64,000 bases of DNA, taken from the NCBI GenBank assembly GCA_046541805.1, contig JBKHCM010000001.1, forward strand, positions 20,612-84,611, written 5' to 3'. The translations under genes were made by a program, and so were the position numbers. This document shows positions 27,212 through 40,516 of the stretch, piece by piece (the stretch's first letter is position 1; the number at the start of each line of letters is the position of its first letter). The notes beneath the pieces were generated by a model. That model saw nothing but the letters and a program-made list of their open reading frames with translations, was not told where the DNA came from and did no database searches. This DNA comes from Alphaproteobacteria bacterium. Lineage in GTDB: Bacteria; Pseudomonadota; Alphaproteobacteria; Geminicoccales; Geminicoccaceae.

Positions 27212-28429
27212 ATGGCGAAGATCAGCGTCAAGAACCCCATCGTCGAACTCGACGGCGACGAGATGACCCGGATCATCTGGGACTTCATCAAAAATAAGCT
27301 GATCCTACCGTACCTCGACATCGAGCTCTTGTACTACGATTTGTCGATCGAGAACCGGGACGCCACCGACGATCAAGTCACCGTCGACGCCGCCAACGCC
27401 ATCAAGCAGCACAACGTCGGGGTGAAATGCGCCACCATCACGCCCGACGAGGCGCGCATGGAGGAGTTCGGGCTCAAGCAGATGTGGCGCTCGCCGAACG
27501 GCACGATCCGCAACATTCTGGGCGGCACCGTCTTTCGCGAGCCGATCATCTGCCAGAACGTGCCGCGGCTGGTGCCCGGCTGGACCCGGCCGATGATCAT
27601 CGGCCGCCATGCCTACGGCGATCAGTACCGCGCCACCGACGTCGTCGTCCCCGGCCCGGGCACGCTCACGATGACCTTCACCCCGGCCGACGGCTCGGCG
27701 CCGATGGAGTTCGAGGTGTTCAAGTTCCCGGGCGGCGGTGTCGCCATGGGGATGTACAACCTCGACGAGAGCATCCGTGATTTCGCCCGCGCCAGCTTCA
27801 ATTACGGCCTGATGCGCGGCTATCCGGTCTACCTGTCGACGAAGAATACGATTCTCAAGAAATACGATGGCCGCTTCAAGGACCTGTTCCAGGAGGTGTT
27901 CGACGCCGAGTTCGCCGATCGCTTCAAGGCCCAGGGGCTGACCTACGAGCACCGCCTGATCGACGATATGGTCGCCTGCGCGATGAAGTGGTCGGGCGGG
28001 TTCGTCTGGGCGTGCAAGAACTACGACGGCGACGTGCAGTCGGACACCGTGGCGCAGGGTTTCGGCTCGCTCGGTCTGATGACTTCGGTGCTGATGACGC
28101 CCGACGGCGAAACGGTCGAAGCGGAGGCGGCGCACGGCACCGTCACCCGCCATTTCCGCCAGCACCAGCAGGGCAAGGAGACCTCGACCAACCCGATCGC
28201 CTCGATCTTCGCCTGGACCCGTGGCCTGCAGTACCGCGCCAAGATCGATGGCACGCCGGAACTCGGCCGGTTCGCCGAGACCGTGGAGAAGGTCTGCGTC
28301 GACACCGTCGAGAGCGGCAAGATGACGAAGGATCTGGCGCTGTTGATCGGTCCCGAGCAGCCCTGGCTGACCACCAGTCAGTTCCTGGATGCCGTCGACG
28401 TCGGCTTGAAAAAGGCGCTCGCGGCCTGA
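27212..28429 (+). CDS. icd: NADP-dependent isocitrate dehydrogenase (homodimeric, eukaryote-like ~405-aa type)
   Basis: [36 protein letters not shown]...[40 protein letters not shown]. Confidence 0.95.
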   Translation: MAKISVKNPIVELDGDEMTRIIWDFIKNKLILPYLDIELLYYDLSIENRDATDDQVTVDAANAIKQHNVGVKCATITPDEARMEEFGLKQMWRSPNGTIRNILGGTVFREPIICQNVPRLVPGWTRPMIIGRHAYGDQYRATDVVVPGPGTLTMTFTPADGSAPMEFEVFKFPGGGVAMGMYNLDESIRDFARASFNYGLMRGYPVYLSTKNTILKKYDGRFKDLFQEVFDAEFADRFKAQGLTYEHRLIDDMVACAMKWSGGFVWACKNYDGDVQSDTVAQGFGSLGLMTSVLMTPDGETVEAEAAHGTVTRHFRQHQQGKETSTNPIASIFAWTRGLQYRAKIDGTPELGRFAETVEKVCVDTVESGKMTKDLALLIGPEQPWLTTSQFLDAVDVGLKKALAA

Positions 28430-28456
28430 GCCGCGCCGCCCGCGTGCGCGTCGGCC

Positions 28457-28490
28457 AAGGCCCGCCCCGGTGGCGGGCCTTACCTTTTGT
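28457..28490 (+). terminator. intrinsic terminator after icd
   Basis: AAGGCCCGCC-CCGGT-GGCGGGCCTT followed by ACCTTTTGT. Confidence 0.7.
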
Positions 28491-28734
28491 AGCTGCGGCT
28501 TTGCGTAAAATGTTTTCAAAAAACTTGAGAAAATCCTGCAACATGGCGAAACAAAACTAAAATTTGGATGAAAGGAAGACTGAATTCGGTGAACTTCGGA
28601 AATTTTATACTTTCGGATCGTCGGTTTTGGTCTTGCCATCGCGTCAAGGTTGTATTAACAACCGAGGCGTTAGCCAGACGGTGCTTCCCTCCCACAGCCT
28701 TCCCCGCGCGGCTTCGGCCGCCGGGGATCTTTTC
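28491..28734 (+). ncRNA. candidate small RNA or cis-acting leader (AT-rich island ending in an orphan terminator)
   Basis: 28491-28660 is strikingly AT-rich for this genome. There is a hairpin GGTTGT-ATTA-ACAACC (28648-28663) and a C/U-rich CTTCCCTCCC (28684-28693), then the terminator at 28701-28734. No credible ORF. The 5' end is unknown. Confidence 0.3.
28701..28734 (+). terminator. orphan intrinsic terminator (UUCG tetraloop) not preceded by a gene
   Basis: TCCCCG(C)GCGGC-TTCG-GCCGCCGGGGA, an 11-bp stem with one bulge, followed by TCTTTTC. The orientation only works on the plus strand. Confidence 0.65.
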
Positions 28735-28773
28735 GGGGGACAGCCGTCGTTCACCGGCGAGAGGACGCACGCG

Positions 28774-28980
28774 ATGCGTGATCTGGACCTGCTTGATGCC
28801 GCCCCCTTCGTCGACGTCGTGCCCGAGGCGGTGCACATGGACGTCGAGAACGGTCTCATCACCGCCGCGCTGATGACCGCGACCGCGTTCCGTATGAAGG
28901 ACATGGAGGGGCTGCTGCTGGCGCTGCGGACCCTCGCCGCCGCCGTCGATCGCTTCGAGCGCGCGCGCGACCTGCTATGA
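28774..28980 (+). CDS. small hypothetical protein (68 aa) upstream of hslVU
   Basis: Last 69 codons of ORF 28564..28980. ATG 28774 follows GAGAGGA. MRDLDLLDAAPFVDVVPEAVHMDVENGLITAALMTATAFRMKDMEGLLLALRTLAAAVDRFERARDLL. High GC3, in contrast to the AT-rich 5' part of the ORF. Confidence 0.55.
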   Translation: MRDLDLLDAAPFVDVVPEAVHMDVENGLITAALMTATAFRMKDMEGLLLALRTLAAAVDRFERARDLL

Positions 28981-29055
28981 GCGTCGCTTGACGCTCGCCT
29001 GAACGGGCCCCAAATGCGGCGGTGACCACGCCGCTCCCGGAGCCCGCCGTTGGCT

Positions 29056-29619
29056 ATGTTCTCTCCAGCGTCCGCCGTGGCGGACGCGCTGCACGGCACG
29101 ACGATCGTCACCGTCCGCAAGGGCAGCCAGGTCGTCGTCGCCGGTGACGGTCAGGTCAGCTTCGGCAATACCGTCATCAAGGCCGGCGCCAACAAGGTCC
29201 GCCGGCTGCGGTCCGACATCCTCTGCGGCTTCGCCGGCGCCACAGCCGACGCCTTCACCCTGCTCGAGCGGCTCGAGGAGAAGCTCGAGCGGCACCCGGC
29301 CCAGCTCAAGCGCGCTTGCGTCGAGCTCGCCAAGGACTGGCGGACCGACCGCTTCCTGCGTCGGCTCGAGGCGATGATGATCGTTTGCGACCAGGACGAG
29401 ACGCTGCTCTTGACCGGCGTGGGCGACGTGCTCGAGCCCGAGGACGGCATCGCCGGCATCGGCTCCGGCGGTGCCTACGCGCTCGCCGCCGCCCGCGCCC
29501 TCTTGGACGTCGAGGCGATGGACGCCGAGGCGATCGCCCGCCGCTCCATGGCGATCGCCGCCGACATCTGCATCTACACCAACGCCAACGTCGTCCTCGA
29601 GAAGCTGGAGCTGGCATGA
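29056..29619 (+). CDS. hslV: ATP-dependent protease subunit HslV
   Basis: ...[41 protein letters not shown]...[17 protein letters not shown] 29050 is also a possible start. Confidence 0.95.
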   Translation: MFSPASAVADALHGTTIVTVRKGSQVVVAGDGQVSFGNTVIKAGANKVRRLRSDILCGFAGATADAFTLLERLEEKLERHPAQLKRACVELAKDWRTDRFLRRLEAMMIVCDQDETLLLTGVGDVLEPEDGIAGIGSGGAYALAAARALLDVEAMDAEAIARRSMAIAADICIYTNANVVLEKLELA

Positions 29620-30920
29620 CCGCGCTCACGCCCCGCGAGATCGTCTCCGAGCTCGACCGCTTCATCGTCGGCCAGGGCGAGGCGAAGCGCGCGGTGGCGA
29701 TCGCGCTCAGGAACCGCTGGCGGCGCCAGCAGCTCGACGACGCGCTGCGCGAGGAGGTCCAACCCAAGAACATCTTGATGATCGGACCGACCGGCTGCGG
29801 CAAGACCGAGATCTCGCGCCGCCTCGCCCGCCTCGCCCAGGCCCCCTTCCTCAAGGTCGAGGCCACCAAGTTCACCGAGGTCGGCTATGTCGGCCGCGAC
29901 GTCGAGAGCATCGTGCGCGACCTGGTCGAGGTCTCGATCACGATGACCCGCGAGCGGATGCGCCAGGAGGTCCGCGCCCAGGCCGAGCTCAACGCCGAGG
30001 AACGGGTGATCACCGCCCTCGTCGGCGACAACGCCGGCAAGGAAACGCGCGAGAAGTTCCGTCGCATGCTACGCGACGGCGAGCTCGCCCAAAAGGAGAT
30101 CGACCTCGACATCCAGGCCGGCAGCGAAGGCATGCCAGCCTTCGAGATCCCCGGCATGCCGGGGGCGCAGATGGGCATGGTCAATCTCGGCGACATCTTC
30201 GGCAAGGCCTTCGGCCAGCGCACCAAGCGCAAGCGCATGACCGTGTCCGAGAGCTACGACGTGCTCTTGGCCGAGGAGAGCGACAAGCTCCTCGACCAGG
30301 AGACCGTCACCAAGGAAGGCCTCAAGGTCGCCGAGAACAACGGTATCGTCTTCGTCGACGAGATCGACAAGATCACCGCGCGCGAGGGCCGCTCCGGCGA
30401 CGTCAGCCGCGAGGGCGTGCAGCGCGATCTGCTGCCCTTGATCGAGGGCACGCAGGTCTCGACCAAGCACGGCGTGGTCAAGACCGACCACATGCTCTTC
30501 ATCGCCTCGGGCGCCTTCCACCTCGCCAAGCCGGCCGACATGCTGCCGGAGCTGCAGGGGCGCTTGCCGATCCGGGTCGAGCTCGCCGGGCTCGGCCAGG
30601 CCGATCTCAAGCGCATCCTGGTCGAGCCGGAAGCGAGCTTGGTGGAGCAGTACAAGGCGCTGTTGGCGACCGAGGGCGTCGAGCTCGACTTCACCGACGA
30701 CGGCATCGACGAGCTCGCCCGGCTCGCCCACGCGGTCAACAGCCAGGTCGAGAACATCGGCGCGCGCCGGCTGATGACGGTGATGGAGCGGGTGGTCGAC
30801 GAGATCAGCTACACCGCGTCCGACCGCGGCGGCGAGACCGTGATGATCGACGGCGCCTATGTGCGCGAGCGGGTGGCCGACCTCGTCGACACCGGCGATC
30901 TTTCCAAGTTCATCCTCTGA
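29616..30920 (+). CDS. hslU: ATP-dependent protease ATPase subunit HslU
   Basis: [69 protein letters not shown] overlap with hslV. Confidence 0.95.
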   Translation: MTALTPREIVSELDRFIVGQGEAKRAVAIALRNRWRRQQLDDALREEVQPKNILMIGPTGCGKTEISRRLARLAQAPFLKVEATKFTEVGYVGRDVESIVRDLVEVSITMTRERMRQEVRAQAELNAEERVITALVGDNAGKETREKFRRMLRDGELAQKEIDLDIQAGSEGMPAFEIPGMPGAQMGMVNLGDIFGKAFGQRTKRKRMTVSESYDVLLAEESDKLLDQETVTKEGLKVAENNGIVFVDEIDKITAREGRSGDVSREGVQRDLLPLIEGTQVSTKHGVVKTDHMLFIASGAFHLAKPADMLPELQGRLPIRVELAGLGQADLKRILVEPEASLVEQYKALLATEGVELDFTDDGIDELARLAHAVNSQVENIGARRLMTVMERVVDEISYTASDRGGETVMIDGAYVRERVADLVDTGDLSKFIL

Positions 30921-30941
30921 GCCGGGGTCCGGGAGCCGGCG

Positions 30942-32021
30942 GTGGCGATCCCGGAACGGCGCGCCGAGCAGATCGCCGCGTTCGCCGCCGTCCTCTTGTT
31001 GGCATCGGCCGCCTTTGCGGTGCTGCGCCCGTTCGTCGTGCCGATCCTTTGGGCCTTCGTCATCGCGCTGGCCTCCTGGCCGGCGTTCGAGCGGGCCCTG
31101 GTCTTCACCGGCGGGCGCCGCACCATCGCCGCCGCCGTGATGCTCGCCGCCCTCGCCATCGGCCTCCTGTTGCCGGTCGCCCTCGCCGGTCTCGGCCTGT
31201 CGCGCAGCGTGCCGACGGTCGTCGGTCAGGGCCGCGCGCTGTTGACGAACCCGCCCGACCCGCCGGCGTGGCTCCTCACCACGCCCGTGCTCGACACCAC
31301 CGTCGGCGCGGTCTGGCAACAGGTCGCCAGCGACGACTTCACCCTCGGCGAGACCCTTGAGCCCTATGCCGGTCGCATCTCCAGCTTCCTGCTCGATGTG
31401 GCGACCGGCATCGGCAACGGCCTGTTCCAGCTCGGGCTCAGCCTCTTGATCGTCTTCTTCCTCTACCGCGACGGCGACTTCGTCGCCGAGCAGGTGCGCC
31501 GGCTGTTCGCGCGCGTCGCCGGCTCGCGGGCCGAGCGGCTGTTGCGCGAGGCCCACGGCACGATGATCGGCGTGCTCTACGGCATCATCGGCACGGCCTT
31601 GATCCAAGGCGCGCTCGCCGCCTTTGGCTTTTGGATCGCCGACCTGCCGGCGCCGTTCCTCTTGGGCATGCTCGCCGCCATCGTCGCACCCATCCCCTGG
31701 GGCGTCGGCCTGGTGGTGTGGCCGGCCGCGCTCTGGCTGGCGAGCGAGGGGGCCTACGGCGCGGCCATCTTCGTCTTCATCTGGGGGATCGCGCCCGTCG
31801 GCGTCGTCGACAACGTCGTGCGGCCGCTGTTCGTGCGTCGCTCCAGCCGCCTGCCCTTCGTCCTCGTCGTGCTGGGCCTGATCGGCGGCGCCCTCTACGC
31901 CGGCGTCGTCGGGCTGTTCCTCGGCCCCGTGATCCTCGCCGTCACCTATGCCTTGGTGCGCGAATGGGCGGCGGAAGAGCGCGAGCGTCTGGCCGATGCC
32001 GGCGACCGCGCGGCCGAATGA
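30942..32021 (+). CDS. AI-2E family transporter (PerM/YdiK-like permease)
   Basis: 359 aa, about 8 TM segments, typical ...LYRDGDFVAEQVRRL... and C-terminal ...GLFLGPVILAV region. GTG start. Confidence 0.85.
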   Translation: MAIPERRAEQIAAFAAVLLLASAAFAVLRPFVVPILWAFVIALASWPAFERALVFTGGRRTIAAAVMLAALAIGLLLPVALAGLGLSRSVPTVVGQGRALLTNPPDPPAWLLTTPVLDTTVGAVWQQVASDDFTLGETLEPYAGRISSFLLDVATGIGNGLFQLGLSLLIVFFLYRDGDFVAEQVRRLFARVAGSRAERLLREAHGTMIGVLYGIIGTALIQGALAAFGFWIADLPAPFLLGMLAAIVAPIPWGVGLVVWPAALWLASEGAYGAAIFVFIWGIAPVGVVDNVVRPLFVRRSSRLPFVLVVLGLIGGALYAGVVGLFLGPVILAVTYALVREWAAEERERLADAGDRAAE

Positions 32022-32934
32022 GTCCGCCCCCCGAGCCGCTCGTCGCGACCGCTCGTTGGCGCACGCGCTCACGGTGCATGACGTAGAGCCCGCTGCCCGC
32101 GATCAGCCCGGCGCCCAGATAGGTATAGATGTCCGGCAACTCGCCGAAGAGGACGAAGCCCGCGAGCGTCGCCCACAGCAGCTGGGTGTAGGTGAAGGGC
32201 GTGACCAGTGAGGCCGGGGCGCGGGCGAGGGCGGCGATCATCGCCAGATGACCGAGCGCCCCGAAGCTGCCCGCCAGCACCATGAGCGCCCAGCCGGCGG
32301 CGTCCGGCGCCTGCCAGACGAAGGGCAGCATCAGGCTCGAGGCCAAGACGCCGACCAGGCAGGAGTAGAAGAGGCTGACGCGGGGCGCGGCGCTGTCGCC
32401 GACGATGCGGGTCGTGATCTGATAGCAGGCGTAGGACGCCGCGCACAGCACCGCCGCGATCGCGGCCGGGTGCATCGCGTCGAGGCCGGGGCGGATGATG
32501 ACGAGCGCCCCCGCGAAGCCGGTGGCGACGGCCGCCCAGCGCCGCAGGCCCACCGCCTCGCCGAGGGCGAGAGCCGCCAGCGCGGTGACCATGACCGGCG
32601 TCAGGAACATGATCGCCGCCACCTCGGCGAGCGGCAGCCAGCGCAGTGCCAGAAAGGACAGCAAGGTCGCGGCGAACATCAAGAGCGAGCGGGCGAACTG
32701 CACCCGCGGCCGCGCCGTCGCCACCACCCCGTCGAGCCGTCCGCGCAGCAGGATCAAGACGATGACGAGGTGGAAGGCGTAGCGGCCCCAGACGATCTGC
32801 GGCGTCGACAGCTCCGTGGAGAGCAGCTTCACCGACGCGGTCATGCCGACGAAGCAGGCCGCGGCGACCATCATCAACAGGGCGGCGATGCATTCGGTGG
32901 CCGGGACCGTCCGCTCGCGCCGCACCTCCTGCAT
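31942..32934 (-). CDS. EamA/DMT-family transporter
   Basis: ORF 31942..33027 trimmed to ATG 32934. Ten TM segments in two EamA repeats. The 3' end overlaps the convergent AI-2E gene by 80 nt. Confidence 0.8.
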   Translation of the reverse strand: MQEVRRERTVPATECIAALLMMVAAACFVGMTASVKLLSTELSTPQIVWGRYAFHLVIVLILLRGRLDGVVATARPRVQFARSLLMFAATLLSFLALRWLPLAEVAAIMFLTPVMVTALAALALGEAVGLRRWAAVATGFAGALVIIRPGLDAMHPAAIAAVLCAASYACYQITTRIVGDSAAPRVSLFYSCLVGVLASSLMLPFVWQAPDAAGWALMVLAGSFGALGHLAMIAALARAPASLVTPFTYTQLLWATLAGFVLFGELPDIYTYLGAGLIAGSGLYVMHRERVRQRAVATSGSGGGLIRPRGRRHRPDARALPPPIRAPRHR

Positions 32935-33063
32935 CGCCTCGATGTCTCCCGCGCGGGCACCCCGGCGCGGCCCCGCCCAAGCCGTTGTCGTTCGCCGAGA
33001 CCAGGCCGGTCGCGGGCGGTTTGGCAACAGCCCGAGCGCATGGCACGCATTCGCCGCCGCGGC

Positions 33064-33996
33064 TCACGCCCCGCCGGCCGCGCCACCCGGCGCGGGCATG
33101 CCGGAGCCGACCGCTTGCACGGGCGGGCGATTGACCTCGCGGAACACCTCCGCGACGTGCTCGAGACGGTCCGCCAACGGGTTGGTCTTACGCCACACCA
33201 TGCCGATCGTCCGCACGGGCCGTGGCGCCGGCAGGCGGGCGACGGCGACTGCGGCGGAGCGCGTCTCGATGGCGACCGCCATCTCCGGCACCAGCGTCAG
33301 CCCGATGCCCGCCGCCACCATCTGCACCAGGGTGGAAAGCGAGCTCCCCTCCACCAGGTCGCGCGGATCCAGACGCGACATGTTGCAAAAGGAGATCGCC
33401 TGCTCGCGAAAGCAGTGACCCTCCTCCAGCAACAAAATCCGCATCCGGCCCAGCATGTCGGCGTCGGGGACCGGATCGTCGGCGTCGGCGAGCGGTCGCA
33501 CCAGCACGAACTCTTCCTCGAGCAGAGGCATTTCGGTCAGCGCCGGCTCGGACACCGGCAGTGCCACGATCGCGGTGTCGAGGCGGCCCTCGGCGAGATC
33601 GTCGACGAGTTTCTGCGTCACCGCCTCGCGCGGGCGCACGTCGAGCCCCGGGTGGCGCCGCGCCAGCTCCTTGATCAGGCTCGGCAGGAGGTAGGGCGCC
33701 ACCGTCGGGATGAGGCCGATCCGGAGCCGGCCGGTGAGCGGACCCTGGGCCGCGCGCGCGAGGTCGCCGAGCTCGTCCACGGCGCGCAGGATCTCGCGTA
33801 CACGGATCTCGAACGCCTCGCCGAGGCTGGTGAGGCCGACCCGGCGGCCGCCGCGTTCGACCAGCGGCGCGCCGATCGTGTCCTCCAGCTCCTTGATCTG
33901 CACGGACAGGGCCGGTTGCGACACCCCGCAGGCCACCGACGCGCGGCCGAAATGACGGTGGCGGGCGAGGGCGTCGAAATAGCGGAGGTGCTTCAT
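33064..33996 (-). CDS. oxyR: LysR-family hydrogen-peroxide sensor/regulator OxyR
   Basis: MKHLRYFDALARHRHFGRASVACGVSQPALSVQIKELE (HTH). LLEEGHCFREQAISFC matches the OxyR redox pair (E. coli LEDGHCLRDQAMGFC, Cys199/Cys208). Divergent from katG. ATG 34011 is an alternative start. Confidence 0.85.
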   Translation of the reverse strand: MKHLRYFDALARHRHFGRASVACGVSQPALSVQIKELEDTIGAPLVERGGRRVGLTSLGEAFEIRVREILRAVDELGDLARAAQGPLTGRLRIGLIPTVAPYLLPSLIKELARRHPGLDVRPREAVTQKLVDDLAEGRLDTAIVALPVSEPALTEMPLLEEEFVLVRPLADADDPVPDADMLGRMRILLLEEGHCFREQAISFCNMSRLDPRDLVEGSSLSTLVQMVAAGIGLTLVPEMAVAIETRSAAVAVARLPAPRPVRTIGMVWRKTNPLADRLEHVAEVFREVNRPPVQAVGSGMPAPGGAAGGA

Positions 33997-34011
33997 CGAA
34001 ATGCCGATCAT

Positions 34012-36367
<2,356 letters not shown>

Positions 36368-36393
36368 CGCCGCGCGCCCGACGCGGATCATCG

Positions 36394-36426
36394 AACGGCG
36401 GCCGGGCGTTCCGGCCGCCGTTTTTC
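36394..36426 (+). terminator. intrinsic terminator after katG
   Basis: 12-bp perfect stem AACGGCGGCCGG / CCGGCCGCCGTT, 5-nt loop, then TTTTT. Confidence 0.8.
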
Positions 36427-36453
36427 GTCGTCGCGAGCCCGAAAGCGGCGGCG

Positions 36454-37451
36454 TCAGCCCTCGTCGTTCAGATGGCACGCCGACCAGCGGCCCGGCGCGA
36501 TCTCCTTCAAGGCCGGCCGCTCGACGCGGCAGCGCTCAAAGGCGTGGGGGCAGCGGGGGTGGAAGTGGCAGCCCGAGGGCGGGTCGATCGGGGACGGGAT
36601 CTCGCCCTTGATCGGCTGGTAGTCGCGCGGCCGCGCCTCGAGCCGGGGCACCTCTTCGAGCAGCGCCACCGTGTAGGGGTGGTTGGGTTCACGGAAGAGC
36701 GCGTCGGTGGGGGCGGTTTCGACCACGCGGCCCAGATACATGATGACGATGCGGTCGGAGATGTGCTCGACGACCGAGAGGTCGTGGCTGATGAAGAGGT
36801 AGGTCAGGCCCAGCTCGTCCCGGAGCTTCATGAAGAGGTTCAAGACCTGCGCCTGGATCGAGACGTCGAGGGCGGCGATGGCCTCGTCGCAGACCAGGAA
36901 CTCGGGGTCCACCGCGAGCGCGCGGGCGATGCCGATGCGTTGGCGCTGGCCGCCGGAGAACTGGTGCGGGTAGCGCTCGGCGTAGGACGGATCGAGCCCG
37001 ACCCGCCTGAGCGCCTCGGCGACGTGGGCCTTTTGGTCCTTCGTGCCGCTCACGAGGCCGTGGAAGCGCGGCGCCTCGCCGACGATGTCGGCGACGGTGA
37101 GGCGCGGGTTCAGGCTCGCGAAGGGGTCCTGGAAGATCATCTGCACGGCGAGCTTCGCGCGGCGGCGCGCGTCGCCTTGGAGCTCGTCGGGGATCTTGCC
37201 GTGCCAGCGGACGGTGCCGGCGCTCGCCTCCAGCACGCCGGCGACGATGCGCCCCAGGGTCGACTTGCCGCAGCCGCTTTCGCCGACGAGGCCGAGCACC
37301 TCGCCCTTGGCGACGGAGAGGCTGACGTCGTCGACCGCGTGCACCACCTGCGTGCGGTAGTTGGCACCGAGCACGTTGGCGAGGCGCTCGGCGAAGTCGA
37401 TGGATTTGACGAAGCGCTTCGAGACGTTCTCGAGCGCCATCACGGTCTCGG

Positions 37452-37455
<4 letters not shown>
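36454..37455 (-). CDS. oligopeptide/dipeptide ABC transporter ATP-binding protein (OppF/DppF type)
   Basis: GLVGESGCGKSTLGR (Walker A), FSGGQRQRIGIARAL, LVCDEAIAALD, C-terminal CHFHPRCPHAFERC. Confidence 0.9.
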
Positions 37456-38431
<976 letters not shown>

Positions 38432-38435
<4 letters not shown>

Positions 38436-39388
38436 CGCCGCAGCCTCGGGTTCAAGACGTCGCGGAGTTGATCGCCGACGAGGTTCAGCGAGACGACGGC
38501 GACCAGCAGCGCGATACCGGGAAAGAAGCTGATCCAATAGTCGCCCGAGAGCATGTAGCTGTAGCCGTTGGAGATCAACAGGCCGAGCGACGGCTCGGTG
38601 ATCGGCACCCCGACGCCGAGAAACGACAGCGTCGCCTCGAGCGCGATGGCGTTGGCGACCTGCACGGTGCCGACCACGATCACCGGCGGCAGGCAGTTGG
38701 GCAAGAGATGGCGAAAGACGATGCGGCGGTCGGAGAGCGCCAGGCAGCGCGCCGCCTCGATGTATTCCCTGCGGCGCTCCACCAGCGCCTGGCCGCGGAT
38801 CGTCCGCGCGTAATAGGCCCACTGGACGATGATGAGGGCGATCAGTACCTTGTCGACGCCGCGGCCCAGGACGGCGAGAAGGATCAACGCCACCAGGATC
38901 GCCGGAAAGCTCAGCTGCAGATCGACGATGCGCATGATGAGGCTGTCGATCCGCCCGCCGTAATAGGCCGCGAGCAGGCCGAGCGAGCCGCCGATCAGGA
39001 TGGCGATGAAGGTGCTCATCGCCCCGATGCCCAAGGAGATCCGCAGGCCGTAGATGATGGCCGAGAGCAGGTCGCGGCCCTGGTCGTCGGTGCCGAGCCA
39101 GTAGGTCATGCCGTCCATCGACTGGCTCAAGGGCGGCAGGCGGCCGTCGAGGATCGAGAGCTGGGCTTGGTCGTAGGGGTTCTGTGGCGTGATCAGCGGC
39201 GCGAAGATCGCGGCGAACGAGAGCGTGACGACGACGGCGAGGCCGAGCAAGGCCACCGGGCTCTGGCGGAACTCGCGCCAGAAGCGGGCGACCGGCGGCT
39301 CGGCCACGGGCGCCGCGGCGATCTCGACGACCTCGTCGACGTCGCCGATGTGGACCTCGCCCGGGCGGAGCTCGCTGGCGTCGGTCAT
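38432..39388 (-). CDS. peptide ABC transporter permease (OppC/DppC type)
   Basis: ORF 38432..40435 trimmed to ATG 39388 (MTDASELRPGEV...). WLGTDDQGRDLLS motif, six TM segments. Confidence 0.9.
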
Positions 39389-40362
39389 CCCTTGCTCTCC
39401 GTCAGCCGGACGCGCGGATCGAGCGCCGAATAGGCGAGGTCGACCAGGAAGTTGATCAGGATGAAGACCAACACCGTCAGCATCAGATACGCCACCACCA
39501 CCGGCCGGTCCAAGTTGACGATGCTGTCGACCAACAGCTTGCCCATGCCGGGCCAGGCGAACACCGTCTCGGTCACCACCGCGAAGGCGATGACGTTGCC
39601 GAGCTCGAGGCCGAGCACGGTGACGACCGGGATCAGGATGTTCTTGAGCATGTGGACCATGATCACCCGGCGCGGGTGGAGGCCCTTGGCGCGGGCGAAC
39701 TTGACGTAGTCCATCATCATCACCTCGCGGGTGCCGGCGCGGGCGAGGCGGATGACGAGCGCCGTCTTGTAGAGCGCGACGTTGATCGCCGGCAAGAGGA
39801 GGTGGCCGAGGCCGTCGAGCGTCAAAAAGCTCACCGGCACGCCGAAGAGCTCTCGCGTCTCGCCGCGCCCGCCCGCCGGCAGCCAGCCGAGGATGACGGC
39901 GAAGAGCATGATCAGCATCAGCCCCTGCCAGAAGTTCGGCAGCGAGAAGCCGAAGATCGAGCCGGCCATGATGGTCTTGCCGGTGGGGCCTTCCGCGCGC
40001 AGCCCGGCGATGACGCCCAAGGGCACGCCGACGACGGCGGCGATGAGCATGGCGACGACGGCCAGTTCCATCGTCGCCGGCAGCCGCTGCAGGATCAGCT
40101 CGAGCGCGGGCTCGTTGTGGACGAAGCTCGTCCCCATGTCGCCCGCGAGCATGTTGCCGACGAAGACGAAGAACTGCTTCCACAGCGGCTCGTCGAGGCC
40201 GAGCCGCTCCATCGCCGCCGCCATCTCGGCCGGGGTGGCGTCGGGGCTCACCATCATGTCGATCGGGTTGCCGATGGCGTAGACGCCGACGAAGACGAGC
40301 AGCGCCATGACGGCGACGACGACCAGGCTCTGCGACAGCCGGCGGATGACGTAGACCAGCAT
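39385..40362 (-). CDS. peptide ABC transporter permease (OppB/DppB type)
   Basis: MLVYVIRRLSQSLVVVAVMALLVFVGVYAIGNPIDMM... (ATG 40362). EAA-type loop ...DYVKFARAKGL.... Confidence 0.9.
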   Translation of the reverse strand: MLVYVIRRLSQSLVVVAVMALLVFVGVYAIGNPIDMMVSPDATPAEMAAAMERLGLDEPLWKQFFVFVGNMLAGDMGTSFVHNEPALELILQRLPATMELAVVAMLIAAVVGVPLGVIAGLRAEGPTGKTIMAGSIFGFSLPNFWQGLMLIMLFAVILGWLPAGGRGETRELFGVPVSFLTLDGLGHLLLPAINVALYKTALVIRLARAGTREVMMMDYVKFARAKGLHPRRVIMVHMLKNILIPVVTVLGLELGNVIAFAVVTETVFAWPGMGKLLVDSIVNLDRPVVVAYLMLTVLVFILINFLVDLAYSALDPRVRLTESKG

Positions 40363-40516
40363 ATGCGGACGGGCTCCCGAGTGCGGGCGGCAGCCTGCCA
40401 CCCCCGGCACCGCCGCGCAAACACGCCGTCAACATCCCGCGAGGTGGACGGAAGGCGGCTTGTGCCGCGCGCGCAGGAGCGTATTTCGGCGCTGGAGCCG
40501 AAGGAGGGCAAGTCCG

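Noticed and set aside
28516-28836. ORFs 28516..28836(-), 28564..28773(+ 5' part) and 28568..28873(+) across the AT-rich island
   Set aside because: AT-rich codons atypical for this genome, no RBS, implausible translations. Only the 28774-28980 segment looks coding.
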